Part shown: one piece after another, positions 26,756-46,185 of the stretch
Numbering within the stretch: position 1 is the stretch's first letter
How the letters are laid out: each line of letters opens with the position of its first letter
Assembly (NCBI GenBank): GCA_002189035.1
Contig: CM007989.1
Location: 3,038,001 to 3,102,000, forward strand
DNA: 64,000 bases
Source: Utricularia gibba
Lineage: Eukaryota; Plantae; Magnoliophyta
Direction: 5' to 3'
Position numbers and translations under genes: made by a program
Notes under the pieces: model-generated
The model's database searches: none
What the model was told of the DNA's origin: nothing
Seen by the model: the letters and a program-made list of their open reading frames with translations, nothing else

Positions 26756-27674
26756 ACAATTAACCGGAGATAGAGTAAACTGTGACATAATGGTTGCAAT
26801 CTTTCTGTAATTGTTATTAATGTTTACTGTAGCCGTGTTGAAAACAAATTCGTGAAGGTGATGACTTGGAATATGTCTGATTCTAGCTAGCTGGCATGTT
26901 GCCTTCCCATCCACCAACGAATAGAGGATAAGGTTTGTGGTGGATTTATCCTTTGAGGAATCTGATTCAGTAATTGATGGGCACTGTTTCCAGACACATG
27001 ATGGTTTTCTTGAACTGATTAACTAAACCTAGGCCTGATTAGTGCTAAGCCTACTTAATCATCTTCTGATTTTTCAATCCATCATTGATCATTAGCCCCT
27101 ACTTGGGCTCCTTGTCCGAACATCTCCATGTTTCCCTAAGCATGGCAAGATATCACCCTCAATTTCATCCATTACTGATGGGACATTGAGCTAGTGGAAG
27201 TCCATGGAGTCATCCATTTCCACAACTTTCAAGGCGATCACCATAGAAACTCAAGATCAAATAAACCAGGTGACTGCATGAAGCCCTCAACTGTATATTT
27301 TCAGGACTTATAAGGTGATCAAGCTACAAACTCTTAAGTGAAATGATCCATCATTTTAGAAACTCTGGTTCTGTTTCTATAATTTGACCGTGTGCCAAGC
27401 TACTTGGATTGAATAGAAGCTATTTTTGTTCTAGAGAATGTTTTCACTAACTTGTGTTTGATTGATTTGAGTTTGTAACCACACTTCATTCCTCATGGCT
27501 CATCTGATCCTTCCTACTAACACACACCCCCTAGTGGAAACCAGCTGTTTCCTTGATGCATATGCCATATTCAAAGCTATAAAGTATCAAACCAGTAAGA
27601 AGCTTGAAGGAGTTGATGATTCTTATTACTATAACACAACTATTGAGTTTCAGATATACAAACATGCCATAGAG

Positions 27675-27877
27675 TCAGTTGTGGTACCAAGACCCAAGAA
27701 CATGATCGTCCTCATAGGCTCTTCGGCATCGCTCGTCTTCCTTCGTTTCTCGATCCCCTTCGAGGCACAAACGGCGGCACGAATCCGGGCACCCTTGTCT
27801 TGCTCCTGTACGAGCTTTTCCGTCAACCAACGCTTCGTTGCCTGAAGGAAAGCCATGTCTCCTTGGTGAGGCTTCAT
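27675..27877 (-). CDS. Small basic uncharacterised protein (67 aa ending FLGSWYHN if one base is restored at 27693-27695; otherwise 75 aa ending at 27650)
   Basis: GC-richer island encoding MKPHQGDMAFLQATKRWLTEKLVQEQDKGARIRAAVC...EEPMRTIMFLG; two overlapping ORFs join at a G run. Confidence 0.55.
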
Positions 27878-29072
27878 TTTTCAAGGTCTGCAAATATGTT
27901 GGAGCCCCTCACCATACCATTTAAAAGGAGGAGGAAGGAATAAAGGAGACAAGCAACTAGTTGTCATGATAAATGAGATTGATAGTGAACAGCAGATTTT
28001 TTTTTTTTTTTTCCTTCAAGGGAAAGATCTGCTTATTCTACGTGATACGATCTGTGCACTGGTTTGTGGTTCTGCTTTTTTTATGCTATTATTCTAATAT
28101 TCATTTCTTTCATGTCACCTGCACTGAATAAGTGCATAATTCAGTAGAAGGGGACCTTATCTTAGCTGGAGACATTTGTGCACGGTGACAATGAAGTGTG
28201 AAATGAACCATCAGCAAGAAAACAAGAAAGGTGGATGCTCCTCATTCATTGAATAATTGAATGAATGTTCATACTTCTCAATCAAATCTGTTCTGATAAC
28301 AATTCCAAGTTTGATTAATGTTGTTTTTGGTACAATTTTATGCACCCATTTTGGAATTATCTCTTTTTCTGTTGGAGGTACCATCAAGTTTTTCTCTGAC
28401 AGAAGACCACCCATGATAACACCTGGGGAATGGAAACATTTCCATTTCCAAAAGAAGATGTTTATTCCCCAAAATCTATTTCATTCTCTACCAAATGAAT
28501 AGAATCTACAAAGGAACATTCGGACAGGAAGAAAAGAAAGTTAGTCCCCCAGAACCGCTTAAACTTATACCAATTAGGAACGATTCACATACAATACAAC
28601 AGTTCACATGTCAGTGATGTCACCATCTTCTCCATACTTTCTTGGCTGGAGACAAACAGAGATTGCTCGAGGCCCTTGAGGGGGAAGAGACCGCATGAGT
28701 AACAGGACCTGCAGTGGGGCATCGAATCAGATACAAGCACAACTGAAGCTCGAGAATGATAGCCAGAGGAAGAGGGTGAGTTTTACCTAAGGGAGAGGAC
28801 AAATTGATATTCGAACCGGCGGCTAGAGTCAAATTGATATTCAGAAGACTATGTGAGTGATTCATAGACAGCATTTTTTTCCTTTATCAATGGTTCTACC
28901 AATTGATAGCTTTCGACAAATAATTGAAATTCAATTTCATGATCGGTATCTTCAATTTTTGAAGTGCTGCAGCTGCACAGATTTTCTTCTGTGATGTAAC
29001 TCTGGATTCCGAATTATTGAATGTTATTCATATAAATGAATGGAGGTGGCACTGGCAACTTAGGTGGTGGCT

Positions 29073-32000
29073 TCAACTATTCAGAGCTTCCATTGCTAGT
29101 CGAACAAGGCGCAAAAAACCGTCGAGGTCATGGAATGTATAGTCAAGAGCCTTCCTGAGGGAAGAGACAGCCTCCTCATTTGAAGTTTCTGAAAATTTTT
29201 GTATAGCAGCTGTGAACGCAAGCCTTGATCTCTTTGAAGCTTCCATCGCGAAGTTAACATCTTGTGCCTGTCGATGTTTAGCTCATGACCATGAGACTAA
29301 CAAAAACCGTCTGAAGAACCCTGGATGAATAATTTCAAGCTGATCTATGTACTTACGAAGTTCAGAAGACGGATGAAACTTGCACGATTCCGTGAACTGA
29401 TTACATGGCTCCCAGAAACATGAGGAGAACCTCCGACCTTTGCCAAAGCTCCTTTTTCAGGGGCACCATTTTGATGGTTCAAGTTGTCAACATCAGAAGC
29501 GGATGAGGAAGGTGACTCGCCTGAGCAGTGAGAAAGAGATCCATAACTAAGATGCCAATATACATTGCCAATCCGAACTACAGAATGAACAGCTGCAAAT
29601 TTACTTTTTCATCACAACACACACATCAAGCACAAATATGACAACGAGAACAGATGAAGAGTAAATAAAACAGCATTAAACATCGCTAAATCAAAACAGC
29701 AATTAACCTTACCAGGGGCAGCTATCTGTAGAGCAGATTGTAACTCATTTCTGTCCCTACTGGCACTGGGATTGTTGGAATAAACCACCCGCATGTGGGC
29801 AACTTCCATGCACTTATAGGCCAAAGCAGCGGCAGCCATGTCCTTTGATTTCTCATACTCATGAGCACAGTATCTGAGAGTGAGAATATACAGAAAATCT
29901 TAAATGTAACAGCTTCACCAACAATATTGAAGTTATCATTCCAAGATGAGAAATGCATACTTGGGAGCAACAAACATGGAAATTAGTTTTTCTAAGAAAA
30001 AGGCCTTTACGTGCCAGTTAAAAAGAGGACAGAAGCTTACTCGCATAGCTTTGCAGTGGAACTGTATATGTTCATAGAGTTCATTAGCTCATTATGCTTA
30101 TTGGCTTCCCTTCCCGTTAATTCCATCAATGATGCACCATGGAGAAACTTGAGGCAGGCCTCAATGTATAAGCTGACACTTTCAAGCGATCCCAAATTCT
30201 GCATGAATCAAGTTGTGTTACAGTGAGCTCAAAAAATACGAACTTGAGCCTGTATTAACAAGATGTGCACATACCTTCATACGATCTGCTTTGTGTTTCA
30301 GGTCCGTCGCTTCTTTCACAATACTATTAGCAGCATGACTGGAAGATTCCCTACGAACAGGACTTGAACCATTAGCATCCCGAACCTTGTGAGAATTTGG
30401 AGTAGAGAGCCGAACAGGTGGAGCATTTAAATTTTCAGCCTTCATCTTCTGAACTTGTACTTTCTGTATATCACCACCGTCAAATGCATCATCTGCTGAA
30501 ATATTTACACCCTTATCTTTCTGATACCCAGAGACAGGCTCATGATTTGCAGCAGTTTCAGTGTTAATTCTGGCCAATGGAGGAAGTGAATGTGACTTAA
30601 CATTCCCATGGGACGACTTCTCGATATCTTGTTCTCGAATATCATGACTTTTATCCAGACTTTTTGTAGCATCTTGTCCAACATCAATGGATATCCGACC
30701 CTGTGCTTTGGCATTCTCATTTGGCGTCCTCCCTTCACTCCGGATGGTGGTGCCAGATTTGTCATCAAGCTTGTTTCTTCGGCTCTTCATTTTGTCCTCG
30801 TATGATTGTCGATGATCCAAAGAATCATGCGAAGAATCAAAATCTCTGTTGCTAACCCTTTCCAAGTCACGCACAGAAGCCTGGGATACTGCTTTGGAAT
30901 GTTTTCCTGATTTTTTCATGTGAAATCCGGTGTCCTGGCATTGACCAGTATTTGTGTTCCCATCAACCGAACAATGATCAGAAGGGTTTTTTGCACCAGG
31001 AAACTTTCCATTTTGACCAATGTGGCCATTAAAACCAGATATATTACTGGTGGAAGCAAGAGTCTCACTTTTTTTCATCTCTGCTTGGCCATTAGGTACT
31101 CCATCACTCAAAGGCCTTCTCGGACTTACAGCAGTCAAAGCCCTACAATCTTCAACATCAAATTTTCCAACTAAGTCTTTAACTGCTGATGAGACCTTAT
31201 CAGCATCATGATACCTTTGAGGTGATGAAGAAACTGATTCAACGGGTGAGCCCTTAACTTCCTGGCCATCCATCTTACTTTTGCGAGAGCCGGATACCTT
31301 AGATGAGCTGGAGTTTGCAGCAACCGAAGGCTGTAGTGGACCCATATCACTTTTCAAATAATCCGATGCCTGATTGCTATCTAAATACACGGCATGATGT
31401 TCATGCCTTGGACCTTCGCTTTTCCGATCAGTTTCCATATTAGAGATTTTAGTTGACTTCAAAGCTCTGACTCGCTTTTCTGAATGAGTTTCAGGATCAT
31501 GATGTTCCTTTGATTTCCTCTTCCTTAGAGATTCTTTCTCATCATGTTTCCTAGAATGAACTGAAGCATTATTTGCAGAGCCGGGGGGATAAGTTTCTGC
31601 CTGTATATCTGAAACTGGATTCTTGTTATCCAAAGCCGAAACCCGATTTCTGCTCTTCCGGCGCTCATTCTCTGATGTACTATTTGAAAAGCTGGTAGAT
31701 GCATTGCTTCCTTTTAATGAAGAACCAACATTGTTGGCAATCATCTTTTCACCATCAAAATGTCTTTCCTCACTCCTGTCTCTTTTAGAAGCTTTGGAGC
31801 CTTCTGCATCAAACTCCTGCTTGCTTTTTACACTGATCTGTGTACCTGAATAAGAAATTGGTGGCATTATCATTAAAATTTCACAAGGAAAAATGGGTGT
31901 GGCTTGATGCAGATACTACTGCATCAAGGTTGAATCAAGAAAATCAGTGAAGTACCTCTTTCAGGACAGCTGACAACTGACATTTTTCTTTTTGCATTTT

Positions 32001-34840
32001 CGACTTTCTCAGTCCCAAAACTTGACCGGCCCGACAACTGATATTTGCCTCCATCTGTGGAAGTAGAACTATTTCCACCACTCAAAGTACTTCCTTTTCC
32101 AGTTGTAATAAGAGTCTTCTTCTTTGAGCTTGAAGAACGAGTAGAACCATCCAACTCTGTTGAATTGGTTGCCTTTGTAGACCCATATTTTTTCTTCCCA
32201 GTGCTAACAGTTGGTTTCACAACAATGCTTGGGTGCTCCTGATCTTGATATCCAGCAGCAATTTCCATCTGTTTTACTTCAGAAATTGGGGCAGGAACTG
32301 CCACAGCAGGCTGGTAAAGGGATCTCAAAGCATTAGTTGTATACTCCTCAGGGATGTAACAGCGATCCATTCCAGGCCTGAGGGAATTATAATTCAAAAA
32401 TTAACCCAGTTTTCATGCATCTAGATATATGCACATTCCTGTCATGTGGTTACTATATTTAAAAGGAAAACCAAGAAAACACAAAAAGCATTCGTACAGA
32501 CTTACAGCCAGGTCAGCATACTACAGGTCCATTTATCAGGAAGACTATTGGGGTCTGTACCCAGGGGAAGAAGTCTCCATATGTGGCATAGATCACATGA
32601 GACCCAATACTCATTTACCATAGGCTTTAACCCAGATGGAGCGTCAGTGCTACTCCCATTGAAAACAGAATTGGCTGGATGAGAACCAATTCTAGAATAT
32701 TTTTCTTTCGATTGAGGATTCCCAGTACTTTTAATAGTGGATCTCTCATTGGGCATGCTTTGATCTTTGTTAAAGCTGGATTTTACAGAAAGGTGATGAT
32801 CTTTTGACCTTCCTGCAGATGTCAATTCCCCATTAAGCGATTCAGTGTCATCTTCGTCATCATCATCAAATTCCTCCTCTCCGAAGAAATCCTTGTATCT
32901 GTTAGCTGGTTTTTCATTTTCCTTCTTTGGGTCATGTAAATCATTTTTACTATCACCAAAGCGAGCATCCACCAGCTTTTCATGTTTATAAGCCACGGAC
33001 AACCCTACTGCTGATTCGTCTTTTCTAGAACATGCTCCTTGAGAACCTGCAGACTGAATTATCTTAAGCTTTTTGTTGTCGCTGTTAGTTGATAGTTCAA
33101 GAGAAGATTTGACATCTTCAGCCCGCACAGATCCTCCATTGTGAAAAGCTAACTGCTTTGACATATCAGATGATTCAGTAGCACTGCGAATTTTTTTCGA
33201 CTTGGAGCCACTGAAATCTGTCTGGTCCAAAAGATTAGATGCCTCAGTCATTTGCGACACAACAGCAGGTCCGGCAGCATTGATACTTGAACTTTTGTGC
33301 TTGTCATTTTCAGAAAGATTTGACGATGAAACCAGAGAGCTACCCAAGTTTCCAAGTCTTCCAGTATCTCGAGCCGGAATGGAAGTAGACAGAAGGGGAA
33401 GTCTCAAAGCATTAGAGACAATATCTTCACATAGTAAAGCATCATCATCAGTCTCACATTCTTTTCTCAAAGGCAGAGCATTCTTCTCCCCACGACTGTT
33501 CATAGGATCAGCAAGCTCAGGGGCAGAAAACTTCAATCTCTTTGCCTCCGGAGCTTTCTCATTGCTCCTACTCGAATGAAACCCATTGATTAATACAAAC
33601 GACTTCTCTGCACTCATACTTGTCCTAGCCGTACTTCGTTTTTCATGTTTTCCTCTGTGCCTTCTATTCAGGTGAATTAGATCTTCAGACAGAGGGGACA
33701 GAAGAACATCTACTGGAAAGGATGTCATTGTCTGTCCAAACACCAAAATGGCAAGTTAGATATTTGAAAGATAAGTTTAAACACAAAACAAGTGTCCCCA
33801 TCTACCTCAAAACCATGGTTAGAGCTCACTATTTACCTTAAGAATGCTTGTTGGTGATTCATCAGGCATAGCTTTATGATTCTGCCATTCACTAGTTTCC
33901 GGACTTCCATCAAGTGAAGATGATGGGGAGACTAGACCAAGACCATTGTAGATATCAACATTCTTCTGTGTCAACAAATTTTCTGAGCCAACCTTGATAC
34001 GGAGCTTCAGGCTATTTATTGGTTTATCATTGCTTCCACTTTTTGTGGTCAACTTATCAGCATGCCTGGACTGCAACTTGCCTTTTCCTTTAGAAGCAGC
34101 CTTCCCAGAAGCAATGTTTGATTTCGCAGGGGTGAAGAACTCACAGAAGCACTTGGATCAGGCTTACGTTCCTAGAAGAAATGACAAAAAAGCAGATGAG
34201 AGCCCATCTCTTATCCACCGAATGACTGCATGTGAGAGACATTTACAGTTTGCAATTCGCATGAAACATCAAGTTTTACCTTTTTTGGAGATTTCTGTGG
34301 GTTGTGGACCACCTCTGGGGAACGCTGATATGTTGGCAAAAACGAACCATAACCACCAAATTTTGCGCCTATTATTCAAACATGATTTGAGCGATCAAAG
34401 GTCAAACAACTAACTTTCATATCAATATGTAAATTTCCTACTTACCCAAGTTTTCAGCCGAGACACCACCTTCAAAATCTTTCTGGAAATGGCCCAAAAC
34501 ACTTTGGAGTTTCTCTTCCTTTTGACAAAGAGTGGTACGGATTTTAATTGTTGTGAAAGAACATAAAAATGCATGAACATTAGCCAGAGGATCAAACAAT
34601 CCCTCCAGTAAACACAGACACTAGTTGAATAGAAAATCAACCCTTCAAAACAAGTGCAGCAACTCATAATATCACGAAAACAACTTACAATGTAAGAGAG
34701 AGAATTAATATCAGGGTCAACTGCTGAATCCTCATTGCCCGTGTGATGATTAAGAGCCTCCCCTTCTTCAAGCTCAACCTCTTCCATCTCTGATCCTAGA
34801 ACCGATCTGTCCCCCAATCTTCTCTACTCACAGATATCAT
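29073..34840 (-). CDS. Large CW-type zinc-finger protein (plant CWZF family); two apparent 1-bp deletions (34811-34815, 34129-34132)
   Basis: N-terminal ELEEGEA and VLGHFQKDFEGGVSAENLGAKFGGYGSFLPTYQRSP; CW domain WVSCDLCHIWRLLPLGTDPNSLPDKWTCSMLTWLPGMDRC; C-terminal YCAHEYEKSKDMAAAALAYKCMEVAHMRV. Confidence 0.92.
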
Positions 34841-35118
34841 CAAAGAAATTTACAATCGAACACTCCTGAAAAATTACCCCTTTTCTCTCCAAGAAACTAA
34901 CCAAAACCCAAAAAAGTCCCACAATTCCCTCCCCGATCAGACGCACAAACCGACACCTTCATCCTAAAGGATAAACAAAAGGGAGAAACTTTACAATTTT
35001 CAACGGCCCAGAAAGAATACGGATTCCTCCGGGTTTGGCTTCAGGAGAAATGGATCATTTGTCGGATCTCTGAAGCAGAAACAAGGAAGACAAGAAAGAG
35101 AAGTGAAAACAATTTGGA

Positions 35119-35133
35119 CAGAGAGAGAGAGAA
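35119..35133. repeat. (GA)n microsatellite in the 5' leader region of the CW-type gene
   Basis: Run of GA dinucleotides (CT-rich on the sense strand). Confidence 0.7.
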
Positions 35134-36540
35134 AGGAGAGATGGGAAAGGAAGCGACTCCGGTTCTCCTGATGCACACCGGCTGCCTTCTCTCCTTTTTC
35201 TCATTTCAATTAAATTAAAAAAAAATCATTTCCTTCGCAACCAAATCCAGAATATTCTCTTGGTCACCCATAATGCAATTACGTAATTTTGCAACTAACC
35301 TTAGTATTTCATCGTTGGCTCATTTAAAAAAGTGATCATTCGTATAATTTCTTACACAATGAGTTAAAATTTTTACATTAGGAATGATCATTTTTATTAC
35401 ACAATGATGAAAAAATGACCAAATTTCTGATATATTATCACTCCTCACCTTCATCATCATTATTTCCACGTATTTTCGTTCGATTTTTTTCAATATTATT
35501 TCTACTTTTGAAAAAAATACATATATTATTTTAGTATGATTGTGGAAAATTCTTTGAATATGCTCTCACTTTCATATTTATATATTTATTTATTTATTTG
35601 TAAGGGGTTCACCAAACAAAGGCCTACCCGATTTATATAACACTAATTATTTGATAATTTATTTATTAAAAAAATACATGCGTATTAAGATACAATTACC
35701 CCCTTGCCCTTCTCTCATTCCGATGATTGATTATTTTATTAATGGCATTCTTGTGTTTTATTAGTGAAATAAAAAAAAGATGTATAAATATTGGATAACC
35801 GTTTTTGTTTTTTCCAGAAATAATAAATATTAAATAACCATAAGTTGGGTCCTTATCTGGAAATTCATTTGAGGGGCCCGCCAACACGCCTTCGCTGCCC
35901 CACGGGACGGCGCCTGGGGATAAGAAAGAGGTTTCGTTGATCCACAGCAAATCCGGATACCACCCACGGGATCCGAATCGGTATCGGATCCACGACTCGT
36001 CCCACACCGATACCGTTTGTGGGTCGTACTCGTCGTATGTTAGAAGCTGACGTCATAAAACTCGGTATTTAATAATACGAAAGTGGCTAAGCTTTGGACT
36101 TTGAATAATAGCCGTTGACCCTTTGACCCGAATCGGCTCCAGTTAGTTTTTTGTGCCCCTTTGGCATCTTCAGACATTCGTCTACCTTATGGGTGCTACG
36201 AAATTAATTTTATGGGGTTTTTTTTTGCTTTAGTTTAATTATATTTCAGATTTTGTTTTGAAATATAAAATTAATAAAAAAAACACACACCACAAATATT
36301 TTGAGTGGTGGAGACTTGGGTTGGGATGGCGGCTCCCACATTTATCACGTGGGCTTCTTCTCCGTGGTCAATTCCAGCTGAACGAAGAGATGGGTCGTGG
36401 GTTCATCTGATCAGATGCATGCAAATTCCACCTTCCGGGAACTTGCTTGTGTCGGTTTCAGAGCTGAATGGTTTCTAAGTTGTTTGGAGGCTAAGGCAAC
36501 GCTGCACGTAGAAGCAACCACAGCAACAAATCTGTTCCAA

Positions 36541-41286
<4,746 letters not shown>

Positions 41287-41770
41287 CACCACCGAACTAA
41301 ACTATCAAAACTACGTTACACACTGGATAACGAGATTTCCCCCTGCTGCTGCACCAATTTCTCAGCATAATTTTCTTCTTTAAAATATAATAATTATATC
41401 CCACCATCAAAATTATCATCATTTTTTTTAATTCTCATCACCAATTTTTCTTGAATGAAAAAATGGGTACCATTCCACACCTCACCGATGGAGCTTGACG
41501 GCGGCGCGTCTTCGCGGGTACAGCATTGGAGTGTTGCTAAGCCTGTTGTTGCTCCATTATCAACAGATACTTTCGTAAATATTCTCTGGTGTTCCACATT
41601 AAAGTTTACATCAAGTAACACAATGTTCGGAAACAAAGCCAAAATGACCAGTTCTTTTTGCTTCAAAGTGTCACGAGCAAATGAAACTGATCTGATGATA
41701 CAAAGAGTGTACACAACAAGATTACGCACCATCCGTGTGAACGCGTAGCATCATGCCAATGGGGCGAAGA

Positions 41771-44731
<2,961 letters not shown>

Positions 44732-44740
44732 ACTGTTCAC

Positions 44741-44856
44741 ATCCACAAGCAGCAAGAGAAAGTTCTGGATAAGCGCGCGGACGAGAAATCTCTACTTTGC
44801 TCCTTCCTCTGGCCACAGATCCACAGGCAGCACAAGAGGAGGTTTCTGGATAAGCG
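44741..44856. repeat. Degenerate direct repeat (35 and 38 bp) just upstream of the APG3 ATG
   Basis: ATCCACAAGCAGCAAGAGAAAGTTCTGGATAAGCG (44741-44775) versus ATCCACAGGCAGCACAAGAGGAGGTTTCTGGATAAGCG (44819-44856). Confidence 0.85.
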
Positions 44857-45271
44857 TGTTGTTTTTGTAACGGCCCTTCCACCCGCCCCAACCCGACTGA
44901 TCGGAAACCGGTTCAAACTCATCTTAAATAGGAAACCGGTTCGAGCACCACCATCAACTTAAAACGATTTCTTTTGTGAAGCTCCTCATCATCAGACTTA
45001 ATGATCCTTTTGATATATGGGAATTTCGGCTTCAAATTCAGATTGACAGTGTCGAGATTTGAAGGTTTTTCCGCAAATTCACTCTTTCAACATTTTGAAG
45101 TTGATTATTAACGTGCAGTGATAGGTAAAGCTGACGTAGAATTTTTTTCCCCGCTGGGTGAGTTGGAGCTCCTTGGTGAGTGATTGCTATTTGATTGAAG
45201 TTGAATTGTGAAAATATTTGACTTACGATGATGAAATAAGAACGGGAATGTGTGTTCTTGCGAGTAAACGA

Positions 45272-45921
45272 GGGGAATACATGTACTTTTAGCAAATAGT
45301 TTGCAAAATACCTGATGTTTTGCAAACTATTTGTAAAATACATGATATTTTACAAAGACAAATAAATTAGTTTTATAAATTAGTATTACTATTTTTAATG
45401 ATATTTCGTATATGAATATTAATTTTTATATTTATATATAATAGATAAAAATTAGTTATTTTGATGATTATCATAATATAATAGTTTATAATTTATTAAA
45501 TTGTAAAGAAACAAGATATTATTTTATTGTAAAGTTGTATTTGTAATATTATAATTTTTGAGATATATATTTTTTGCAAATCAAAGTATTTTTATACATT
45601 AATATTTTTAATGAAATTTGAAAATATTTTCAATCAATTGATGAAAATTGAATATTGATCTATTACAAAATGAATAATACTTTTTAGATTAATAATTATT
45701 TACAAATTAAATTAATTTTTAATACTTTTCTATATTTCAAATCACTCATCTTTAATATTTTATGTAATATTAAAATAAAAATTACATATATTTTCATATA
45801 GTGTAATTATATAAAAAAAAATCATTGTGCATTTAAAATTTGGAACCTACATGTATTTTGCAAATAGATTGTAAAACATCAGGTATTTTGCAAACTATTT
45901 GCAAAACATCAGGTAGTTTCC
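45272..45921. mobile_element. Non-autonomous MITE/foldback element with long subrepeated TIRs (possibly Mutator-derived)
   Basis: 45292-45344 is the reverse complement of 45850-45902 with 3 mismatches in about 53 nt. The TIRs carry TTGCAAA/ATACCTGATG subrepeats, and the core is extremely AT-rich with no ORF. No clear TSD seen. Confidence 0.75.
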
Positions 45922-45923
45922 AA

Positions 45924-46014
45924 ATGGGTTTCTCCAAGTACATGGAGAAACCCATCGGACCCGTGTTCTTGCCTCAAACCCTTACGAATTGGGTAAAGGC
46001 TTGATCTTTACCCA
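45924..46014. repeat. Two adjacent inverted repeats
   Basis: ATGGGTTTCTCCA-agtaca-TGGAGAAACCCAT (perfect 13-bp arms, 45924-45955) and TGGGTAAAG-gcttgat-CTTTACCCA (9-bp arms, 45990-46014). Confidence 0.9.
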
Positions 46015-46185
46015 GGGTGTCATCTGATCACTACAGTTTAAGATGGGGATAATGCTGCTATGTTGTGACGGCTGTGATGTGATGAGGATAAAAATCAGAT
46101 CTTTGATTGTTTGTTGGTGAAGCTATTTCAAAATTCATGCAGGACTCTCAAACGGTTTCACAATTTTGATGAACTTTGATTTTTA

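Noticed and set aside
27100-27270. Coding-like minus-strand stretch with an internal stop downstream of ALG3
   Set aside because: Could be a TE or gene relic, but nothing recognisable supports it.
28211-28874. Short ORFs and a 13-bp repeat (CAAATTGATATTC twice) between the small peptide and the CW gene
   Set aside because: No domain similarity and stops in all coding-like frames; too weak to call.
36330-36345. CTCCCACATTT as an snRNA USE element
   Set aside because: Poor match, and no correctly spaced TATA box or snRNA body.
41394-41748. Overlapping ORFs of 112 aa (-) and 97 aa (+) between APG3 and PEX6
   Set aside because: No recognisable motif; the position fits the APG3 3' UTR and PEX6 promoter.
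44737-44922. 61-aa uORF ending just before the APG3 ATG
   Set aside because: Its ATG directly follows a TATA-like TATTTAAG, so it probably lies upstream of the TSS; the peptide merely reflects the DNA repeat.
45166-45175. GAGCTCCTTG resembling the miR159/319 star arm
   Set aside because: Only 10 nt match and I found no complementary arm or mature miRNA sequence nearby.
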